Made by a program: the position numbers and the translations under genes. Under the pieces are notes generated by a model that saw only the letters and a program-made list of their open reading frames with translations, did not search any database and had not been told where the DNA came from. Below, one piece after another: positions 37,390 through 50,237 of a stretch of DNA of 64,000 nt. This DNA is from Hormiphora californensis (lineage: Eukaryota; Animalia; Ctenophora): assembly GCA_020137815.1 (NCBI GenBank), contig CM035361.1, positions 1,302,001-1,366,000 on the forward strand, written 5' to 3'. Numbering within the stretch: position 1 is the first letter of the stretch; every line of letters starts with the position of its first letter.

Positions 37390-40300
37390 ATGGCAAATAT
37401 TCAATGCCTGTTGATTGTTTGTTTGCTTGTCGGACAAGTGATTACTGTGCGAGATAATGACCATGATCACGACTCTGTTATCAATAAGTGGACCTACAAT
37501 CCAAGTTTTGTACGTGCATATTTATCATAGCACTGGCAAGTGCCTCGGGTCCAAAAGGGGTGTGGGCACAGTTTTGTATGTGCATCATATCTCTTTGATC
37601 ACCCAGAAACCATAAATCGCTTGTTGAGGGAACCGCATACTCAACAATAAATCACATTTGTATCGACACACAACTATAGAAAAACAGCTAATTTCACTAG
37701 GGCGGAACACCTAATATGACCGAACCTAAATTCTTAGCCTCATACTTTTTCCAATGATAAACTTACACCCCATTCTTTCAGGGTATTTTCTGTGACTTTT
37801 GCAACCTACTCTTGTCGCCGATCTGCTTTGAACAACGCTGTGATCGGTCCCACTTCTGCTATCTAACCGAAACCGCCAGTGGGTGCGGAAACCCGTACAT
37901 GCATAAAATCAGAGAATGCAGGTATGAAGGAACTTTCGAATACCTTTTATTACAACTTTTGCTATGTTTTTTATGTGCAACTAGGCACTGGATTACTCAT
38001 AAAATTGTTTTGTTGTTAGTATATTAAATTGTGATATAATTTTCAGGTCTTGGCATCAGGGAGATTGTTGTTTTGCGAGGCAGGACTTACATGGTCTTCA
38101 ATTCAACGCTAGCCAATGCAGAGTCAAGGTAAAGATCAATCACTATAATAAAGAGACACTATAGAATCACTATAGCGAAACACTATAGAGAATCACTAAT
38201 ATTCACTATAGCGGATTCCTTTTCCAAGACTTCTTGCAATGTTCCTAATTCCTTGATCATAGTCCGATCAATCTATCCTACTCTGATATCATGATTCCAC
38301 TATTTCCTAGGTGCCAGAGGTGATGTGTCACGAGTGTACTAGGATGGGTGGATGTAAACCGATATCTTGTTCAAATGGAAGTATCTGCTACGCTCATGGG
38401 TTAGTTCTGCTTCTATGTATCCTGTCGGATTGACACATCTGATATGTTGATTTGAAAAACTTTTGGAAACTCCGACATGAATCTTTTGACGGCCTGGGCC
38501 TCAGTATATATAATATATGCAATAAGGCACTATCAACCCCATGGAGAAATGATATCGTTCTATCAGAAGGCGTTTGCGTCACTTCACCCCGCAGAAACCA
38601 ACCCATAAACAGGGTGTGAACTGCATGTCGTGTTTGCTAGTCGCGAGTGCGCTTGCGAGACAAGCAAACACGTCAAGGTTCATTAACAAGCATGCTGCTC
38701 AGTCATTTTAGATTTAATACACAATGTAAGGATACCATGTAATAGGTGAGACTCTTGCCGTCACCCTCGTTCAAGTCCCGTGAAAAACGGAGCAGTACAC
38801 GCAAACTGATGCCCATTTTCCTCGCGTGACCCCGATTCAGCAGTTTGAGACACCAACTCTTTAGGGGGCCATATCTCAGTAACCAGACAAGATAGGAAAA
38901 ATCGCCGTCTAATGAGGCGTACAGTTTTTAATCTAGTTTACCACAGTACCGGCCGTTCACCACCCAGGAGAAGGAACGGGATCTTCATTGCATGCAACCA
39001 CCCCTTACTAGCTCCGCATTAGCCAGCATCCTCGTAGAAGAAGAAGAAGATATGTTGATTATTTATTTACGTTAAGGAGTCAAACTTTTTTCTTAGAGAT
39101 TAGATGTATCAAAATAAATAAGTTTATGGAATTTAAGTGGAAAAGTTTCTTAGAGATTAAGTGAGTGAAAGTGGAAAAGTTTCTTAGAGATTAGGTGGGT
39201 CAAAGTGGGAAAGTTTCTTAGAGATTAGGAGGTCAAGGTGTGAAAATTTCTTAGAGATTAGGAGGTCAAAGTGGGAAAGTTTCTTAGAGATAAGGAGGTC
39301 AAAAAATGAAAGTTTCTTAGAGATAAGGAGGTCAAAGTGGAAAAGTTTCTTAGAGATAAGAAGGTCAAAGTGTGAAAGTTTCTTAGAGATAAGGAGGTCA
39401 AAGTGGGAAAGTTTCTTAGAGATAAGGAGGTCAAAGAATGAAAGTTTCTTAGAGATAAGGAGGTCAAAGTGGGAAAGTTTCTTAGAGATAAAGAGGTCAA
39501 AGTTGAAAAGTTTCTTAGAGATAAGGAGGTCAAATTGGGAAAGTTTCTTAGAGATAAGGAGGTCAAAGTGTGAAAGTTTCTTAAAGATAAGGAGGTCAAA
39601 GTTGAAAAGTTTCTTAGAGATAAGGAGGTCAAAGTGGGAAAGTTTCTTAGAGATAAGGAGGTCAAAGAATGAAAGTCTCTTAGAGATAAGGAGGTCAAAA
39701 AATGAAAGTTTCTTAGAGATAAGGAGGTCAAAGTGGGAAAATTTCTTAGAGATAAGGAGGTCAAAAAATGAAAGTTTCTTAGAGATAAGGAGGTCAAAAA
39801 ATGAAAGTTTCTTAGAGATAAGGAGGTCGAAGTGGAAAAGTTTCTTAGAGATAAGGAGGTCAAAAAATGAAAGTTTCTTAGAGATAAGGAGGTCAAAGTG
39901 TGAAAGTTTCTTAGAGATAAGGAGGTCAAAAAATGAAAGTTTCTTAGAGATAAGGAGGTCAAAGTGTGAAAGTTTCTTAGAGATAAGGCGGTCAAAAAAT
40001 GAAAGTTTCTTAGAGATAAGGAGGTCAAAGTGGGACAGTTTCTTAGAGATAAGGAGGTCAAAGAATGAAAGTTTCTTAGAGATAAGGAGGTCAAAGTGGG
40101 AAAGTTTCTTAGAGATAAGGAGATCAAAGTGGGAAAATTTCGTAGAGATAAGGAGGTCAAAGTGGAAAAGTTTCTTAGAGATAAGGAGGTCAAAGTGGGA
40201 AAGTTTCTTAGAGATAAGGAGGTCGAAGTGGAAAAGTTTCTTAGAGATAAGGAGGTCAAAGTGGGAAAGTTTCTTAGAGATAAGGAGGTCAAAGTGGAAA

Positions 40301-43300
40301 AGTTTCTTAGAGATAAGGAGGTCAAAGTGGGAAAGTTTCTTAGAGATAAGGAGGTCAAAAATGAAAGTTTCTTAGAGATAAGGAGGTCAAATTGTGAAAG
40401 TTTCTTAGAGATAAGGAGGTCAAAGAATGAAAGTTTCTTAGAGATAAGGAGGTCAAAGTGGGAAAGTTTCTTGGAGATAAGGAGGTCGAAGTGGAAAAGT
40501 TTCTTAGAGATAAGGAGGTCAAAAAATGAAAGTTTCTTAGAGATAAGGAGGTCAAAGTGGGAAAGTTTCTTAGAGATAAAGAGGTCAAAGTTGAAAAGTT
40601 TCTTAGAGATAAGGAGGTCAAAGTGGGAAAGTTTCTTAGAGATAAGGAGGTCATCAAAGTGTGAAAGTTTCTTAGAGATAAGGAGGTCAAAGAATGAAAG
40701 TTTCTTAGAGATAAGCAGGTCAAAGTGGGAAAGTTTCTCAGAGATAAGGAGATCAAAGTGTGAAAGTTTCTTAGAGATAAGGAGGTCAAAAAATGAAAGT
40801 TTCTTAGAGATAAGGAGGTCAAAGAATGAAAGTTTCTTAGAGATAAGGAGGTCAAAGTGAGAAAGTTTCTTAGAGATAAGGCGGTCAAAAATGAAAGTTT
40901 CTTAGAGATAAGGAGGTCAAAGTGGGAAAGTTTCTTAGAGATAAGGAGGTCAAAGAATGAAAGTTTCTTAGAGATAAGGAAGTCAAAGAATGAAAGTCTC
41001 TTAGAGATAAGGAGGTCAAAGTGGGAAAGTTTCTTAGAGATAAGGAGGTCAAAGTGTGAAAGTTTCTTAGAGATAAGGAGGTCAAAGTGGAAAAGTTTCT
41101 TAGAGATAAGGAGGTCAAAGTGGAAAAGTTTCTTAGAGATAAGGAGGTCAAAGTGGAAAAGTTTCTTAGAGATAAGGAGGTCAAAGTGGAAAAGTTTCTT
41201 AGAGATAAGGAGGTCAAAAATGAAAGTTTCTTAGAGATAAGGAGGTCAAATTGTGAAAGTTTCTTAGAGATAAGGAGGTCAAAGAATGAAAGTTTCTTAG
41301 AGATAAGGAGGTCGAAGTGGAAAAGTTTCTTAGAGATAAGGAGGTCAAAAAATGAAAGTTTCTTAGAGATAAGGAGGTCAAAGTGTGAAAGTTTCTTAGA
41401 GATAAGGCGGTCAAAAAATGAAAGTTTCTTAGAGATAAGGAGGTCAAAGTGGGACAGTTTCTTAGAGATAAGGAGGTCAAAGAATGAAAGTTTCTTAGAG
41501 ATAAGGAGGTCAAAGTGGGAAAGTTTCTTAGAGATAAGGAGATCAAAGTGGGAAAATTTCGTAGAGATAAGGAGGTCAAAGTGGAAAAGTTTCTTAGAGA
41601 TAAGGAGGTCAAAGTGGGAAAGTTTCTTAGAGATAAGGAGGTCGAAGTGGAAAAGTTTCTTAGAGATAAGGAGGTCAAAGTGGGAAAGTTTCTTAGAGAT
41701 AAGGAGGTCAAAGTGGAAAAGTTTCTTAGAGATAAGGAGGTCAAAGTGGGAAAGTTTCTTAGAGATAAGGAGGTCAAAAAATGAAAGTTTCTTAGAGATA
41801 AGGAGGTCGAAGTGGAAAAGTTTCTTAGAGATAAGGAGGTCAAAAAATGAAAGTTTCTTAGAGATAAGGAGGTCAAAGTGTGAAAGTTTCTTAGAGATAA
41901 GGAGGTCAAAGTGGGAAAGTTTCTTAGAGATAAGGAGGTCAAAAAATGAAAGTTTCTTAGAGATAAGGAGGTCAAAGTGTGAAAGTTTCTTAGAGATAAG
42001 GCGGTCAAAAAATGAAAGTTTCTTAGAGATAAGGAGGTCAAAGTGGGACAGTTTCTTAGAGATAAGGAGGTCAAAGAATGAAAGTTTCTTAGAGATAAGC
42101 AGGTCAAAGTGGGAAAGTTTCTTAGAGATAAGGAGATCAAAGTGGGAAAATTTCGTAGAGATAAGGAGGTCAAAGTGGAAAAGTTTCTTAGAGATAAGGA
42201 GGTCAAAGTGGGAAAGTTTCTTAGAGATAAGGAGGTCGAAGTGGAAAAGTTTCTTAGAGATAAGGAGGTCAAAGTGGGAAAGTTTCTTAGAGATAAGGAG
42301 GTCAAAGTGGAAAAGTTTCTTAGAGATAAGGAGGTCAAAGTGGGAAAGTTTCTTAGAGATAAGGAGGTCAAAAAATGAAAGTTTCTTAGAGATAAGGAGG
42401 TCAAATTGTGAAAGTTTCTTAGAGATAAGGAGGTCAAAGAATGAAAGTTTCTTAGAGATAAGGAGGTCAAAGTGGGAAAGTTTCTTGGAGATAAGGAGGT
42501 CGAAGTGGAAAAGTTTCTTAGAGATAAGGAGGTCAAAAAATGAAAGTTTCTTAGAGATAAGGAGGTCAAAGTGGGAAAGTTTCTTAGAGATAAAGAGGTC
42601 AAAGTTGAAAAGTTTCTTAGAGATAAGGAGGTCAAAGTGGGAAAGTTTCTTAGAGATAAGGAGGTCAAAGTGTGAAAGTTTCTTAGAGATAAGGAGGTCA
42701 AAGAATGAAAGTTTCTTAGAGATAAGCAGGTCAAAGTGGGAAAGTTTCTCAGAGATAAGGAGATCAAAGTGTGAAAGTTTCTTAGAGATAAGGAGGTCAA
42801 AAAATGAAAGTTTCTTAGAGATAAGGAGGTCAAAGAATGAAAGTTTCTTAGAGATAAGGAGGTCAAAGTGAGAAAGTTTCTTAGAGATAAGGCGGTCAAA
42901 AAATGAAAGTTTCTTAGAGATAAGGAGGTCAAAGTGGGAAAGTTTCTTAGAGATAAGGAGGTCAAAGAATGAAAGTTTCTTAGAGATAAGGAAGTCAAAG
43001 AATGAAAGTCTCTTAGAGATAAGGAGGTCAAATTGTGAAAGTTTCTTAGAGATAAGGAGGTCAAAGAATGAAAGTTTCTTAGAGATAAGGAGGTCAAAGT
43101 GGGAAAGTTTCTTGGAGATAAGGAGGTCGAAGTGGAAAAGTTTCTTAGAGATAAGGAGGTCAAAAAATGAAAGTTTCTTAGAGATAAGGAGGTCAAAGTG
43201 GGAAAGTTTCTTAGAGATAAAGAGGTCAAAGTTGAAAAGTTTCTTAGAGATAAGGAGGTCAAAGTGGGAAAGTTTCTTAGAGATAAGGAGGTCAAAGTGT

Positions 43301-46300
43301 GAAAGTTTCTTAGAGATAAGGAGGTCAAAGAATGAAAGTTTCTTAGAGATAAGCAGGTCAAAGTGGGAAAGTTTCTCAGAGATAAGGAGATCAAAGTGTG
43401 AAAGTTTCTTAGAGATAAGGAGGTCAAAAAATGAAAGTTTCTTAGAGATAAGGAGGTCAAAGAATGAAAGTTTCTTAGAGATAAGGAGGTCAAAGTGAGA
43501 AAGTTTCTTAGAGATAAGGCGGTCAAAAAATGAAAGTTTCTTAGAGATAAGGAGGTCAAAGTGGGAAAGTTTCTTAGAGATAAGGAGGTCAAAGAATGAA
43601 AGTTTCTTAGAGATAAGGAAGTCAAAGAATGAAAGTCTCTTAGAGATAAGGAGGTCAAAGTGGGAAAGTTTCTTAGAGATAAGGAGGTCAAAGTGTGAAA
43701 GTTTCTTAGAGATAAGGAGGTCAAAGTGGAAAAGTTTCTTAGAGATAAGGAGGTCAAAGTGGAAAAGTTTCTTAGAGATAAGGAGGTCAAAGTGGAAAAG
43801 TTTCTTAGAGATAAGGAGGTCGAAGTGGAAAAGTTTCTTAGAGATAAGGAGGTCAAAGTGGGAAAGTTTCTTAGAGATAAGGAGGTCAAAGTGGAAAAGT
43901 TTCTTAGAGATAAGGAGGTCAAAAAATGAAAGTTTCTTAGAGATAAGGAGGTCAAAGTGGGAAAGTTTCTTAGAGATAAAGAGGTCAAAGTTGAAAAGTT
44001 TCTTAGAGATAAGGAGGTCAAAGTGGGAAAGTTTCTTAGAGATAAGGAGGTCAAAGTGTGAAAGTTTCTTAGAGATAAGGAGGTCAAAGAATGAAAGTTT
44101 CTTAGAGATAAGCAGGTCAAAGTGGGAAAGTTTCTCAGAGATAAGGAGGTCAAAGTGTGAAAGTTTCTTAGAGATAAGGAGGTCAAAAAATGAAAGTTTC
44201 TTAGAGATAAGGAGGTCAAAGAATGAAAGTTTCTTAGAGATAAGGAGGTCAAAGTGAGAAAGTTTCTTAGAGATAAGGCGGTCAAAAAATGAAAGTTTCT
44301 TAGAGATAAGGAGGTCAAAGTGGGAAAGTTTCTTAGAGATAAGGAGGTCAAAGAATGAAAGTTTCTTAGAGATAAGGAAGTCGAAGAATGAAAGTCTCTT
44401 AGAGATAAGGAGGTCAAAGTGGGAAAGTTTCTTAGAGATAAGGAGGTCAAAGTGTGAAAGTTTCTTAGAGATAAGGAGGTCAAAGTGGAAAAGTTTCTTA
44501 GAGATAAGGAGGTCAAAGTGGAAAAGTTTCTTAGAGATAAGGAGGTCAAAATTGGAAAGTTTCTTAGAGATAAGGAGGTCAAAGTGTGAAAGTTTCTTAG
44601 AGATAAGGAGGTCAAAGAATGAAAGTTTCTTAGAGATAAGCAGGTCAAAGTGGGAAAGTTTCTCAGAGATAAGGAGGTCAAAGTGTGAAAGTTTCTTAGA
44701 GATAAGGAGGTCAAAAAATGAAAGTTTCTTAGAGATAAGGAGGTCAAAGAATGAAAGTTTCTTAGAGATAAGGAGGTCAAAGTGAGAAAGTTTCTTAGAG
44801 ATAAGGCGGTCAAAAAATGAAAGTTTCTTAGAGATAAGGAGGTCAAAGTGGGAAAGTTTCTTAGAGATAAGGAGGTCAAAGAATGAAAGTTTCTTAGAGA
44901 TAAGGAAGTCGAAGAATGAAAGTCTCTTAGAGATAAGGAGGTCAAAGTGGGAAAGTTTCTTAGAGATAAGGAGGTCAAAGTGTGAAAGTTTCTTAGAGAT
45001 AAGGAGGTCAAAGTGGAAAAGTTTCTTAGAGATAAGGAGGTCAAAGTGGAAAAGTTTCTTAGAGATAAGGAGGTCAAAAATGAAAGTTTTTTAGAGATAA
45101 GGAGGTCAAAATTGGAAAGTTTCTTAGAGATAAGGAGGTCGAAGTGGAAAAGTTTCTTAGAGATAAGGAGGTCAAAGTGGGAAAGTTTCTTAGAGATAAG
45201 GAGGTCAAAGTGGAAAAGTTTCTTAGAGATAAGGAGGTCAAAGTGGGAAAGTTTCTCAGAGATAAGGAGGTCAAAAATGAAAGTTTCTTAGAGATAAGGA
45301 GGTCAAATTGTGAAAGTTTCTTAGAGATAAGGAGGTCAAAGAATGAAAGTTTCTTAGAGATAAGGAGGTCAAAGTGGGAAAGTTTCTTGGAGATAAGGAG
45401 GTCGAAGTGGAAAAGTTTCTTAGAGATAAGGAGGTCAAAAAATGAAAGTTTCTTAGAGATAAGGAGGTCAAAGTGGGAAAGTTTCTTAGAGATAAAGAGG
45501 TCAAAGTTGAAAAGTTTCTCAGAGATAAGGAGGTCAAAGTGGGAAAGTTTCTTAGAGATAAGGCGGTCAAAAAATGAAAGTTTCTTAGAGATAAGGAGGT
45601 CAAAGTGGGAAAGTTTCTTAGAGATAAGGAGGTCAAAGAATGAAAGTTTCTTAGAGATAAGGAAGTCAAAGAATGAAAGTCTCTTAGAGATAAGGAGGTC
45701 AAAGTGGGAAAGTTTCTTAGAGATAAGGAGGTCAAAGTGTGAAAGTTTCTTAGAGATAAGGAGGTCAAAGTGGAAAAGTTTCTTAGAGATAAGGAGGTCA
45801 AAGTGGAAAAGTTTCTTAGAGATAAGGAGGTCAAAGTGGAAAAGTTTCTTAGAGATAAGGAGGTCAAAAAATGAAAGTTTCTTAGAGATAAGGAGGTCAA
45901 ATTGTGAAAGTTTCTTAGAGATAAGGAGGTCAAAGAATGAAAGTTTCTTAGAGATAAGGAGGTCGAAGTGGAAAAGTTTCTTAGAGATAAGGAGGTCAAA
46001 AAATGAAAGTTTCTTAGAGATAAGGAGGTCAAAGTGTGAAAGTTTCTTAGAGATAAGGCGGTCAAAAAATGAAAGTTTCTTAGAGATAAGGAGGTCAAAG
46101 TGGGACAGTTTCTTAGAGATAAGGAGGTCAAAGAATGAAAGTTTCTTAGAGATAAGGAGGTCAAAGTGGGAAAGTTTCTTAGAGATAAGGAGATCAAAGT
46201 GGGAAAATTTCGTAGAGATAAGGAGGTCAAAGTGGAAAAGTTTCTTAGAGATAAGGAGGTCAAAGTGGGAAAGTTTCTTAGAGATAAGGAGGTCGAAGTG

Positions 46301-49300
46301 GAAAAGTTTGTTAGAGATAAGGAGGTCAAAGTGGGAAAGTTTCTTAGAGATAAGGAGGTCAAAGTGGAAAAGTTTCTTAGAGATAAGGAGGTCAAAGTGG
46401 GAAAGTTTCTTAGAGATAAGGAGGTCAAAAAATGAAAGTTTCTTAGAGATAAGGAGGTCAAATTGTGAAAGTTTCTTAGAGATAAGGAGGTCAAAGAATG
46501 AAAGTTTCTTAGAGATAAGGAGGTCAAAGTGGGAAAGTTTCTTGGAGATAAGGAGGTCGAAGTGGAAAAGTTTCTTAGAGATAAGGAGGTCAAAAAATGA
46601 AAGTTTCTTAGAGATAAGGAGGTAAAAGTGGGAAAGTTTCTTAGAGATAAAGAGGTCAAAGTTGAAAAGTTTCTTAGAGATAAGGAGGTCAAAGTGGGAA
46701 AGTTTCTTAGAGATAAGGAGGTCAAAGTGTGAAAGTTTCTTAGAGATAAGGAGGTCAAAGAATGAAAGTTTCTTAGAGATAAGCAGGTCAAAGTGGGAAA
46801 GTTTCTCAGAGATAAGGAGGTCAAAGTGTGAAAGTTTCTTAGAGATAAGGAGGTCAAAAAATGAAAGTTTCTTAGAGATAAGGAGGTCAAAGAATGAAAG
46901 TTTCTTAGAGATAAGGAGGTCAAAGTGAGAAAGTTTCTTAGAGATAAGGCGGTCAAAAAATGAAAGTTTCTTAGAGATAAGGAGGTCAAAGTGGGAAAGT
47001 TTCTTAGAGATAAGGAGGTCAAAGAATGAAAGTTTCTTAGAGATAAGGAAGTCAAAGAATGAAAGTCTCTTAGAGATAAGGAGGTCAAAGTGGGAAAGTT
47101 TCTTAGAGATAAGGAGGTCAAAGTGTGAAAGTTTCTTAGAGATAAGGAGGTCAAAGTGGAAAAGTTTCTTAGAGATAAGGAGGTCAAAGTGGAAAAGTTT
47201 CTTAGAGATAAGGAGGTCAAAAATGAAAGTTTTTTAGAGATAAGGAGGTCAAAATTGGAAAGTTTCTTAGAGATAAGGAGGTCGAAGTGGAAAAGTTTCT
47301 TAGAGATAAGGAGGTCAAAGTGGGAAAGTTTCTTAGAGATAAGGAGGTCAAAGTGGAAAAGTTTCTTAGAGATAAGGAGGTCAAAGTGGGAAAGTTTCTT
47401 AGAGATAAGGAGGTCAAAAAATGAAAGTTTCTTAGAGATAAGGAGGTCAAATTGTGAAAGTTTCTTAGAGATAAGGAGGTCAAAGAATGAAAGTTTCTTA
47501 GAGATAAGGAGGTCAAAGTGGGAAAGTTTCTTGGAGATAAGGAGGTCGAAGTGGAAAAGTTTCTTAGAGATAAGGAGGTCAAAAAATGAAAGTTTCTTAG
47601 AGATAAGGAGGTCAAAGTGGGAAAGTTTCTTAGAGATAAAGAGGTCAAAGTTGAAAAGTTTCTCAGAGATAAGGAGGTCAAAGTGGGAAAGTTTCTTAGA
47701 GATAAGGAGGTCAAAGTGTGAAAGTTTCTTAGAGATAAGGAGGTCAAAGAATGAAAGTTTCTTAGAGATAAGTAGGTCAAAGTGGGAAAGTTTCTCAGAG
47801 ATAAGGAGGTCAAAGTGTGAAAGTTTCTTAGAGATAAGGAGGTCAAAAAATGAAAGTTTCTTAGAGATAAGGAGGTCAAAGAATGAAAGTTTCTTAGAGA
47901 TAAGGAGGTCAAAGTGAGAAAGTTTCTTAGAGATAAGGCGGTCAAAAAATGAAAGTTTCTTAGAGATAAGGAGGTCAAAGTGGGAAAGTTTCTTAGAGAT
48001 AAGGAGGTCAAAGAATGAAAGTTTCTTAGAGATAAGGAAGTCAAAGAATGAAAGTCTCTTAGAGATAAGGAGGTCAAAGTGGGAAAGTTTCTTAGAGATA
48101 AGGAGGTCAAAGTGTGAAAGTTTCTTAGAGATAAGGAGGTCAAAGTGGAAAAGTTTCTTAGAGATAAGGAGGTCAAAGTGGAAAAGTTTCTTAGAGATAA
48201 GGAGGTCAAAAATGAAAGTTTTTTAGAGATAAGGAGGTCAAAATTGGATAGTTTCTTAGAGATAAGGAGGTCAAAAAATGAAAGTTTCTTAGAGATAAGG
48301 AGGTCAAAGTGTGAACGTTTCTTAGAGATAAGGAGGTCAAAGAATGAAAGTTTCTTAGAGATAAGGAGGTCAAAGAATGAAAGTTTCTTAGAGATAAGCA
48401 GGTCAAAGTGGGAAAGTTTCTTAGAGATAAGGAGGTTAAAGAATGAAAGTTTCTTAGAGATTAGGAGGTCAAAGTGTGACAGTTTCTTAGAGATTAGGAG
48501 GTCAATGTGTGAAAATTTCTTAGAGATTAGCGTTGGTCAAAGTGGGAAAGTTTCTTAGAGATGAGGTGGGTCAAAATGTACGAATGTTTCTTAGAGATTA
48601 GGAGGTCAAAGTGGGGAACGCGAGCTTTATTGCACCTACATCTTATTGGGTTATTTATTTATGTTAAGGAGGCAAACTTAACACTTCCGCCGCTAATCCA
48701 ATTCTATAACTTCAGGGGTCAGAGTGGGTGTGCGGATGTTGATACAATATCGGAGTGTCATGACCGAGGTTATGAGAGGTGTTGCCTTGGTGATACCTCA
48801 ACTAGAGCATGGAACGCTTCACATGTGAGTAACATTCATCTTCGTTCATGTCATCTGAATCTGATTGTATGGTACTCCTTTGATTGTGTCAACTACAAAC
48901 ACTTTTCTTTTACTTTACAAAAACGTTTCTCTCGATTATATGGTGGATATCTTGGTATCGAAGACACCTCACACTCTGTTTAGGTCGCCGGGCGACCTTC
49001 GCGTGCGCTGGCAAGCTAAGGGGTAACTTCGTAACCAAGTGGATATCATCATTGACAGTTATATTCCCTCTCCAGTGTCAGGTGGAGCGAGCCCCCATCT
49101 GTGAGGTTTGTGGGCCACAAGTGGTAAAAAGAGACAAGTCCCTCAGTGGGTGTACAAGAGTGTCCTGTCCTGGAACGTGCTTTATTAATGAGAAGCAGCA
49201 CAAGAAGGGGGATGATGGTAAGTTACTTGACAGAATGATCAATTGGCGAATTCTACTAAGTCAATAAGTTCTGTAAATAATAGTGTGTACTGATGAAAAG

Positions 49301-49632
49301 TTTCCTTTGAAATAATTGTTTACTACTATACTAAACGGTAGTTTTTCCTTTGTTAGTAAGTCAATAAGTTCGTTAATTACTAAAAGTACTTTCTCTCTCC
49401 TACAGGAAAGGTTCTAGTTGAGACGGGATGTGATGCCCAAGCCACTAATATGCCCTCATGTCTACTTCACCATACAGACTGTTGTGTGAAAACCAATGAG
49501 ACTTTTTGTTTCTATGGCTATCCCCAAAACTCTTTCAGCCGAACTGAGCGGTTTTTAATAACTTTCGCAACTTTAATTGCATTTTTAACTCTGATCATCG
49601 CTCTCTGTATTAATTTAAAGACATTTCCGTAA
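37390..49632 (+). CDS. Membrane-anchored protein with three tandem 10-Cys Ly6/uPAR (three-finger)-like domains, 278 aa
   Basis: Exons 37390-37437 (signal peptide MANIQCLLIVCLLVGQ), 37782-37921, 38047-38128, 38311-38399, 48716-48824, 49076-49217, 49406-49632. All phases are consistent; 837 nt in total. Three repeats of Cx2C..C..C..C[YF]..GC..C..CC..Nx[ST]xC. Hydrophobic C-terminal tail FLITFATLIAFLTLIIALCI. Confidence 0.82.
39135..48615. repeat. ~9.5-kb 33-bp minisatellite (~285 units) in intron 4 of the Ly6/uPAR-like gene
   Basis: Constant core aaagtttcttagagataaggaggtcaaa plus a variable 5-nt slot (gtggg/gtgga/gtgtg/gaatg/aaatg/gttga/ttgtg/gtgag). Degenerate units at both ends. Higher-order blocks recur. 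Confidence 0.97.
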
Positions 49633-50237
49633 GAGAAAAGCATGTAAGAGACAGTTTTCAGTAAATTGGGTTGGGGAAATTATGTATTTTTCTAAAATAT
49701 GATTCATTGTTTAAGTTTTTTAATCCAGAATTTTGATTTTGTTCAGATGAAAAGTAATTTCCCGGGCGAGGAAAGTGAAGTATTTTCAGTTTTCTTCCGC
49801 ACTAAAAAAAAGCCAGTTCTAGAATACGATATTTTCGATATGTTAATGCACAACAACGATTTATTAAATTAATAAACTGTAAAAATAAATGCTTTTTAAA
49901 TTCTATAGTACATAAATTCATATTCCTCGACAAGTAGTATTTTCAAAGCTACATTTTACTTATCTAATTTATTTATAACAAAGATTTTCTCAGCTTAAAA
50001 CATATTTAAACATTTGCATCGTCATATTAAATATTTATAGTAGCTACCTTCCTCTATTTATACTGCACCAAATAAAACTTTGGTAAACAATTTGTATTTT
50101 AAACACTTCAGCTCTAGCAAAACGAGTAAAGTAAAGCCTATCAGGCTAGTCTTTAGAAAACTGTCTGATATTAACACTGTACCGATTTAAAATTTAATTA
50201 ATTGTACTTCATTTGAATGATTCCAGTACATGTAACA

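Noticed and set aside
39503-48558. Plus-strand ESFLEIRRSK / KFLRDKEVK repeat ORFs as proteins
   Set aside because: By-products of a 33-bp unit. They lie within a phase-consistent intron and are interrupted by TGA variants.
39135-48615. CRISPR-like array (constant repeat plus variable part)
   Set aside because: The variable part is only ~5 nt from a small recurring set, not unique spacers. Eukaryotic intron, no cas genes.
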